Shown: positions 58,471 through 64,000 of the stretch, piece by piece | Layout of the letters: each line of letters starts with the position of its first letter | How positions within the stretch are numbered: position 1 is the stretch's first letter | DNA from: Deltaproteobacteria bacterium | GTDB taxonomy: Bacteria; Desulfobacterota; Binatia; UBA9968; JAJDTQ01 | Assembly (NCBI GenBank): GCA_028818755.1 | Contig: JAPPNF010000148.1 | Coordinates: 5,514-69,513 of the forward strand | Length of the DNA: 64,000 nt | Reading direction: 5' to 3' | The notes under the pieces: generated by a model | What the model saw: the letters and a program-made list of their open reading frames with translations, nothing else | Told to the model about the DNA's origin: nothing | The model's database searches: none | Made by a program: the position numbers and the translations under genes

Positions 58471-61400
58471 ATGAGCACCACCGACGCTGGAGCCGGGGCC
58501 GCCGCAAAGGGACCAATCGCCTGGTTCGCGCGCAATCCGGTCGCCGCCAACCTGCTGCTGTTGTTCCTCATCATCGGCGGCGTGATTGCCGGACGGCATC
58601 TCGCCGTTCAACTCTACCCCTACGTCGATCTTCGGACGATCACCGTCACGGTGCCCGCGCCGGGTTCGTCGCCCAAGGAGGTGGAGGAAGACATCAACCG
58701 CCGCATCGAGGAGGCGATCGTCGGGCTCAGAGGGGTGGAAAGAGTCGTGGGGACCGCCAACGAGGGGCGCGGCCGCCTCCGGGTCGAACTGGAGACTTTC
58801 GCCGATCCCCAAACCGTCCTGAACGATGTCCAGAACGCCGTGGACGGCATCGAGAACTTCCCGCCGCTGAACGCCGAGAAACCGGAAGTCGAGCTCCATC
58901 GGATCTCCATCGAGGTCCTGACGCTGGCGGTGTCGTCGTCCCACGCCTCCGAAGACGCGTTGCGCCTCGCCGCGGAGAACGTGCGCGACGAGCTGCTGGC
59001 GCTGCCGTCGGTTTCGCAGGTGACGCTGCAGGGCACCCGCGAACGGGAGATTACCATCGAGTTGAGCGAGGAAGAGTTGCGGCGGCACAATCTCTCCATC
59101 GCCCAGATCTCCCGTATCGTGAGGCGGGCGTCGCTCAACCTCACTTTCGGCGAACTGCGAACCGAGGCCGGCGGCGTGGTCCTGCAGACCATCACCAAAC
59201 GCCGCACCGGCGCCGAGTTCAAGGACATCCCCCTGATCACGCGGCTCAGCGGCGCCATCGTCACCCTCGGCGACGTCGCCACCATCCGCGACGGGTTCGT
59301 CGACGAGGACATCGTCTCCGAGGTCAACGGCCAACCCACCGTGTTCGTCCGGGTCGATGCCGTCGAGCAGGAGTCGGTGGTCGAGATCGGTGACGAAATC
59401 AAGATGTGGCTCGCCGGCCGCAAGGCTCCCGGGAACATTACGGTCGGCATCTGGAACGACCGGGCCGCCCCCGCCCTGGACCGGCTGCAGGAGATCATCC
59501 GCAACGGCATCCTCGGCGCGTTGCTGGTTTTCCTGACCCTCGTTCTGGTGTTCGACCTGCGCGTCGCCACCTGGATCACCATAGGGATTCCCTTGTCCTT
59601 CATCGGCTCGCTGATCTTCTTCGGCGCCGCCGACCTCACCCTGAACATCGGCACGATCTTCGCCTTCTTCCTGCTCATCGGCATCGTCGTGGACGACTCC
59701 GTGGTGGTCGGAGAAAGCATCGCGGCGGAACGCCAGAGCGGGAAGAGCCCGGCGGATGCGGCCATCTCGGGCGCCAGGGCGATGGTGGGTCCGATCACGG
59801 TGGGGGCGGCCACCACCTTGCTCGCCTTCGTGCCGCTTCTCTTCGTCACCTCGGGGGGCTACCAGCTCACCACCGTCTTTCCCTATGTGGCGCTCTTCGT
59901 CCTCTCGGTCTCGCTCATCGAGTCCTTCTTCGTCCTGCCGGCACATTTGTCGCACGACCGCCCGTGGAGCCTGCCGCCGTTGAGCGACATCCAGCGCCGG
60001 GTGGACGGCCTGATCGACCGGGCGCGGGACTCCATCGTGGCGCCGTCGGTGGCGCGCGCCGTGCAACATCCCTGGCTCACCCTGGGAATTGGAGCGGTGG
60101 TGGTGCTCATCGGGGTGCTGCTGCTGCGGTCCGACAACGTCCGGGTCATCATCTTCGACCAGGATGCGCTGGCCTCCGACAGCATTCAGGCGGATCTGCA
60201 TCTGCCCGCGGGGACGCCGTTCGAACAGACTCTCGCCGCCGCCGAGCGTTTCGCGGCAGCCGCCCGCTCCATCAACGATCAACTCGACGGAACGTCGATC
60301 CGATCCGTCGCGGTCACCGCCGGCAATCTCACGCAGATTCGGACAGCGGACATCGGGCGCAACCGCAGCAACGTGGCTTCGGTGCGGATTCATCTCAACC
60401 CGCGTCCCGTGCGCACCGCATCGCCCAGGGACATCGAGCGGGCATGGCGACGGAACGTGGGCGACACCTCGGAACTGGAGAGCGTCGAATTTCAGAGTGC
60501 ACGGGTAAAAAGCAATCCGCCTGTCTCGTATGCGCTGAAGCACCCCGACACGGACGTGCTGCGAAATGCCGCCGCGGAGTTGAAAGGCTCGCTGGCGACC
60601 GTGCCGGGGGTCTTCGGTGTCTCCGACAGCTTGTCCGCCGGCAAGCGGCACTTCGAGATCCAGCTCACGCGGGCCGGCAAGGCGGCGGGATTGACGCCGG
60701 CGGGCGTCGGCGCCCAGTTGCGCGCCAGTTTCCACGGCGTGGAAGTCCAGCGCATCCAGCGCGGCCGGGAGGAAGTCAGGGTCGTGGTCCGGTACCCGGC
60801 CGAGCGGCGGCAGAGCCTGGGAGACCTGGCCAGCGAGCGGATCCACCGGCCCGCGGGCAGGAACGGGCAACCGGGCAAGGACCGTGGCGCGGCCGGCGGC
60901 GGTGAGGTGCCGCTGTCCACGGTGGCAACGCTCACCGAGAAACGCGAGTTGACCACGCTGACGCGGATCGACGGCAAGCAGGCCGCATTTGTCGACGGGC
61001 GTGTCGACGCCGTCGTGACAACCCCTCGCAACGCCAGGCGGGAGATCCGGGAAGAGATCATCCCCAGCCTGCTCGCCAAGTATCCCGGCCTCAAGGTCGA
61101 ACCCGACGGGGCCGCCCGGGAAGAGAAGAAGCTGTTGGGAACGCTGGGGCTGCTGGTCCCCATCGTGCTGCTGGCCATGTACGCGCTGATGGCGGCGTTC
61201 CTGCGCAGCTACTGGAAACCCCTGGTGGCCGTGGTGGGAATACCGGTATCGTTCGCCGGAGCGGTGCTGACCCACTGGATACTCGGTTGGGATTTCGCCG
61301 CCATGTCACTGTTCGGAATCGTCGCGGTGGGCGGGATCATCGTGAACGACGCCCTCGTGCTGCTGGACCGCTACAACTATCTCCGCAGGGAAAACGAGAT

Positions 61401-61635
61401 GTTGCCGGCCATCGCGGCGGCGTCCGCCGCGACCCGCCATCGTTTCCGCGCGGTGCTGCTGACCAGCCTGACGACCGTCGTGGGATTGTCGCCATTGCTC
61501 TACGAACGCAGCGACGAACTTATCTTCCTGGTGCCGTTCGTGGTCAGCATGCTGGGCGGATTGGTGTTGTCGACGATCTTCATCCTGTTCCTCCTTCCGG
61601 CCCTCGTGATGCTCGTCGACGGGCGCTTTGATTAG
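58471..61635 (+). CDS. RND efflux permease (AcrB family)
   Basis: NPVAANLL, GIVVDDSVVVGE, RFRAVLLTSLTT. Confidence 0.93.
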   Translation: MSTTDAGAGAAAKGPIAWFARNPVAANLLLLFLIIGGVIAGRHLAVQLYPYVDLRTITVTVPAPGSSPKEVEEDINRRIEEAIVGLRGVERVVGTANEGRGRLRVELETFADPQTVLNDVQNAVDGIENFPPLNAEKPEVELHRISIEVLTLAVSSSHASEDALRLAAENVRDELLALPSVSQVTLQGTREREITIELSEEELRRHNLSIAQISRIVRRASLNLTFGELRTEAGGVVLQTITKRRTGAEFKDIPLITRLSGAIVTLGDVATIRDGFVDEDIVSEVNGQPTVFVRVDAVEQESVVEIGDEIKMWLAGRKAPGNITVGIWNDRAAPALDRLQEIIRNGILGALLVFLTLVLVFDLRVATWITIGIPLSFIGSLIFFGAADLTLNIGTIFAFFLLIGIVVDDSVVVGESIAAERQSGKSPADAAISGARAMVGPITVGAATTLLAFVPLLFVTSGGYQLTTVFPYVALFVLSVSLIESFFVLPAHLSHDRPWSLPPLSDIQRRVDGLIDRARDSIVAPSVARAVQHPWLTLGIGAVVVLIGVLLLRSDNVRVIIFDQDALASDSIQADLHLPAGTPFEQTLAAAERFAAAARSINDQLDGTSIRSVAVTAGNLTQIRTADIGRNRSNVASVRIHLNPRPVRTASPRDIERAWRRNVGDTSELESVEFQSARVKSNPPVSYALKHPDTDVLRNAAAELKGSLATVPGVFGVSDSLSAGKRHFEIQLTRAGKAAGLTPAGVGAQLRASFHGVEVQRIQRGREEVRVVVRYPAERRQSLGDLASERIHRPAGRNGQPGKDRGAAGGGEVPLSTVATLTEKRELTTLTRIDGKQAAFVDGRVDAVVTTPRNARREIREEIIPSLLAKYPGLKVEPDGAAREEKKLLGTLGLLVPIVLLAMYALMAAFLRSYWKPLVAVVGIPVSFAGAVLTHWILGWDFAAMSLFGIVAVGGIIVNDALVLLDRYNYLRRENEMLPAIAAASAATRHRFRAVLLTSLTTVVGLSPLLYERSDELIFLVPFVVSMLGGLVLSTIFILFLLPALVMLVDGRFD

Positions 61636-61642
61636 CCTTCGC

Positions 61643-61673
61643 CGTCGGGATCGGGCCAAGCCCGGTCCCGACG
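61643..61673 (+). terminator. Stem-loop after the RND permease
   Basis: CGTCGGGATCGGGC-CAA-GCCCGGTCCCGACG; weak U-tract. Confidence 0.45.
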
Positions 61674-61701
61674 ATGCGCGTTTGACCCTCCGGTCGCCGT
61701 C

Positions 61702-62601
61702 ATGACCCTCATCCGACTCATCCAGTTCCGCGCCGCCTACAACCTGCCGGTGCATGCGGCGTTGGAGAACGGCATCTTCGCCGACGGCGGGCTCGCCGTG
61801 GAGATCGAGTACACGCCGGGCTCGGCGTATCTGGTGGAGGCGGTGCGAACCGGGCGTTGCACCATCGGCCACGCGGCCGCGGACGACGTGGTCTGCGACG
61901 TGGAGAACCAGCCCGGCTCGGACGTGTTCGCGTTCATGGGGCTCCACAGCGGGCTTTTGAGCCTCGTCGGCGCGCCTGCGTGTCCCACCATGGAATCATT
62001 GCGGGGCAAGCCGCTGGCGGTGGACGCGCGCGACAGCGGCTTCGTCTTCATCCTGGAGAAGGCCTTGCGCGACCACGGCTTCGGGCCGGACGAGTACGAA
62101 CTCGTGGAAGTGGGGGGCTGGGAGAGCCGATACCACACCCTCATCGAGGGGAAGCTCTACGCCACGCTACTGACAACACCCTTTGTCGGAGCCGCCCTGG
62201 AACGCGGCTGCCACGTCATCGCCCGGGGCGAGGAGATGATGCCGGTCTACCAGGCGACCGTGGGCTTGGCCAAGCGCTCCTGGGCGGAGACGAACCGGAC
62301 CCGCCTCGTCGACTACATCCGTTGCTACGTGGCCGCCACCGGGTGGTGCTTCGCGCCGGAAAACCGGGGTAACTGCCTCGACATCCTGGAGCGGCACAAC
62401 GGGCTCACCGGCACGGCGGCCGAGGAGACCCTCGACTCGTTGCTGGACCCGGAGCACGGCCTCTACCCCAAGGCCGCGCTGAACATTCCCGGCATCGCCG
62501 CCGCCCTCGACCTCCGAGCCGGCATGGGCTACATGGCCTCCCCCCCGCCACCGCCGGAGACGTACATCGACGTTTCCTACTACGAGGCGGCCATCCGCTG
62601 A
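61702..62601 (+). CDS. SsuA/NMT1-like ABC substrate-binding protein (no signal peptide, no adjacent permease)
   Basis: GIFADGGLAVE, LRGKPLAVDARDSG, YIDVSYY. Confidence 0.8.
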   Translation: MTLIRLIQFRAAYNLPVHAALENGIFADGGLAVEIEYTPGSAYLVEAVRTGRCTIGHAAADDVVCDVENQPGSDVFAFMGLHSGLLSLVGAPACPTMESLRGKPLAVDARDSGFVFILEKALRDHGFGPDEYELVEVGGWESRYHTLIEGKLYATLLTTPFVGAALERGCHVIARGEEMMPVYQATVGLAKRSWAETNRTRLVDYIRCYVAATGWCFAPENRGNCLDILERHNGLTGTAAEETLDSLLDPEHGLYPKAALNIPGIAAALDLRAGMGYMASPPPPPETYIDVSYYEAAIR

Positions 62602-62623
62602 TCCGACCCCAAAGAGTTCACCT

Positions 62624-62790
62624 CCGTCATTCCCGCGAAACAGGCTGTGTCCAAAACGGCAACTTCAGGGCACGAAAGGCCGATCCCTCATTCCCGCGAA
62701 AGCGGGAATCCAGGGGTGGTGGTGGGGCATAACGGCTGTGCTTCCACCGCCCCAACCCCACCTGGATTCCCGCTTTCGCGGGAATGACGG
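62624..62790. repeat. Family B composite: truncated copy, 47-bp insert, then inverted dRS3-like pair around a 46-bp spacer
   Basis: TCATTCCCGCGAAA at 62627 and 62688; arms 62688-62714 and 62761-62787. Confidence 0.9.
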
Positions 62791-62797
62791 GTCTGCC

Positions 62798-63370
62798 TTA
62801 CAGCGACAGGGACAACTGCTCCGGCGCATCGGGCCGCGCCACGGGCGTGCGCTCCGGCAATTCCGCGATCCGCGTCTCCAGCCAGCGGATGTAGGTGCGG
62901 TGGCCCGGCCGTTGGCGGATAGCCTCCACGCACAACAAGCGCACGCGCCCGGCGTAGTGCCGCCAGCGCTCGCGCACCGTGCGCGGCATGCGAAGGTAGG
63001 TGGGAGCGTCGTCGCAGAAAAGCTCGCTGCGGGCGAGGGTCCAGATGTCGCACTGGGTCTCGCCGATGGGGATCGGCTCCCACGCGAAGGCTCCGTCGGG
63101 AGCGGGCAGCTTCGTCAGCCCCTGCACGAGATGGGTCAGCTCATGGCCGATGGTGTTGTAGGTCAGCCCCCGTACCCGAAGGCGGATGTACAACGGCGGC
63201 CGAAGGTGTCTTGGAATGAACGCCACCCCGAGCTTGGTCTTCGTGTGTCCAACGCGGACTTCCAGGTTCCGCAACTCCGGGAACTCGCGCAGCGACCGAT
63301 TGAGCATGCGCACGGCGCGTTGCGTCAGGCGCTTTTCCATCTGCGGCGTGAACGAGACGGTCACGCCCAT
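62798..63370 (-). CDS. Small zincin-type (HEXXH) metalloprotease-like protein
   Basis: TIGHELTHLVQ followed by GETQCD; C-terminus QLSLSL. Confidence 0.75.
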   Translation of the reverse strand: MGVTVSFTPQMEKRLTQRAVRMLNRSLREFPELRNLEVRVGHTKTKLGVAFIPRHLRPPLYIRLRVRGLTYNTIGHELTHLVQGLTKLPAPDGAFAWEPIPIGETQCDIWTLARSELFCDDAPTYLRMPRTVRERWRHYAGRVRLLCVEAIRQRPGHRTYIRWLETRIAELPERTPVARPDAPEQLSLSL

Positions 63371-63427
63371 TCCGGGTGACAGCACGATCATGGACAACCG
63401 TTTGGTGAGACTCTAAACTCTAACGCA

Positions 63428-64000
63428 GTGGTCGACCGATTTCACCCTCTGGTGCGCGACTGGTTCCGGGAGCGCTTCGGCAAGCCCACGCCGCCGCAGG
63501 CGGCGGGCTGGAAGGAGATCGCCCGGGGCCGGGACACGCTCATCGCCGCGCCTACCGGGTCGGGCAAGACCCTGGCTGCCTTCCTCTGGTCCATCAACCA
63601 GCTCATCGCGCCGCCGGAGCCGTCTCGCGACCACACCCACGTGGTCTACGTCTCGCCGCTCAAGGCGTTGGGCAACGACATCCAGAAGAACCTGCAGGAG
63701 CCGCTGGCGGAGATCACCCGTAGCGGAAGGCGGCAGGGGTTCCCGTTGCAGGACATCCGTACCGCCGTGCGTTCCGGCGACACCCCGGCCACGGAACGGC
63801 AGCGCATGATCTCCAACCCGCCCCACATCCTGATCACGACGCCGGAGTCGCTCTACATCCTGCTCACGGCCGAGCGCAGCCGGCAGGTGCTGAAACACGC
63901 GCACACGGTCATCGTCGACGAGATCCACGCGGTGGCCGGAGACAAGCGCGGCGCCCATCTGGCGCTTTCGCTGGAACGGCTGGACACGCTGGCGGAAAGC
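63428..64000 (+). CDS. lhr: Lhr-family DEAD/DEAH helicase (5' part; runs off the window edge)
   Basis: FHPLVRDWF..FGKPTPPQ..APTGSGKTLAAF..YVSPLKAL..RSGDTP..TTPESL..VDEIH..KRGAHL. Confidence 0.93.
   Translation, partial: MVDRFHPLVRDWFRERFGKPTPPQAAGWKEIARGRDTLIAAPTGSGKTLAAFLWSINQLIAPPEPSRDHTHVVYVSPLKALGNDIQKNLQEPLAEITRSGRRQGFPLQDIRTAVRSGDTPATERQRMISNPPHILITTPESLYILLTAERSRQVLKHAHTVIVDEIHAVAGDKRGAHLALSLERLDTLAES

Noticed and set aside
57577-61275. 1232-aa minus-strand ORF
   Set aside because: Antisense shadow of the RND genes.

Overview
High-GC bacterial chromosome window with about 55 CDSs. I found no rRNA, tRNA, CRISPR array, transposase or integrase. The backbone is housekeeping and catabolic: mnmE (partial), DAHP synthase, YyaL, mltG, thiD, plsY, an RpiR-regulated LIV-type ABC/SDR cluster, three LLM oxidoreductases, a TAXI-TRAP transporter, a flavin amine oxidase, two molybdo-hydroxylase loci, an RND pump and an Lhr helicase (partial). 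The gene content resembles host-associated Deltaproteobacteria/Binatia-like genomes (inference only). Small TA/defence cassettes sit singly between backbone genes: VapBC, HipBA, Fic, a type II R-M pair, a BrnT/DUF4258-like pair, RHH-Doc with DUF262-HNH, and an antitoxin relic. Three families of palindromic REP-like repeats are present. The most notable observations are: (1) a Fic-wHTH gene bracketed at both ends by the same AT-rich 24-bp palindrome; (2) an HEXXH protease ending in a beta-clamp-like motif (QLSLSL), head-to-head with Lhr; (3) a LexA C-terminal-domain-only protein lacking the catalytic Lys and cleavage site; (4) a third ABC ATPase with no helical/signature subdomain; (5) covarying, nested GNA-minihairpin repeats, one of them translated in frame. 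All product calls come from motifs recognised by eye, not database searches.
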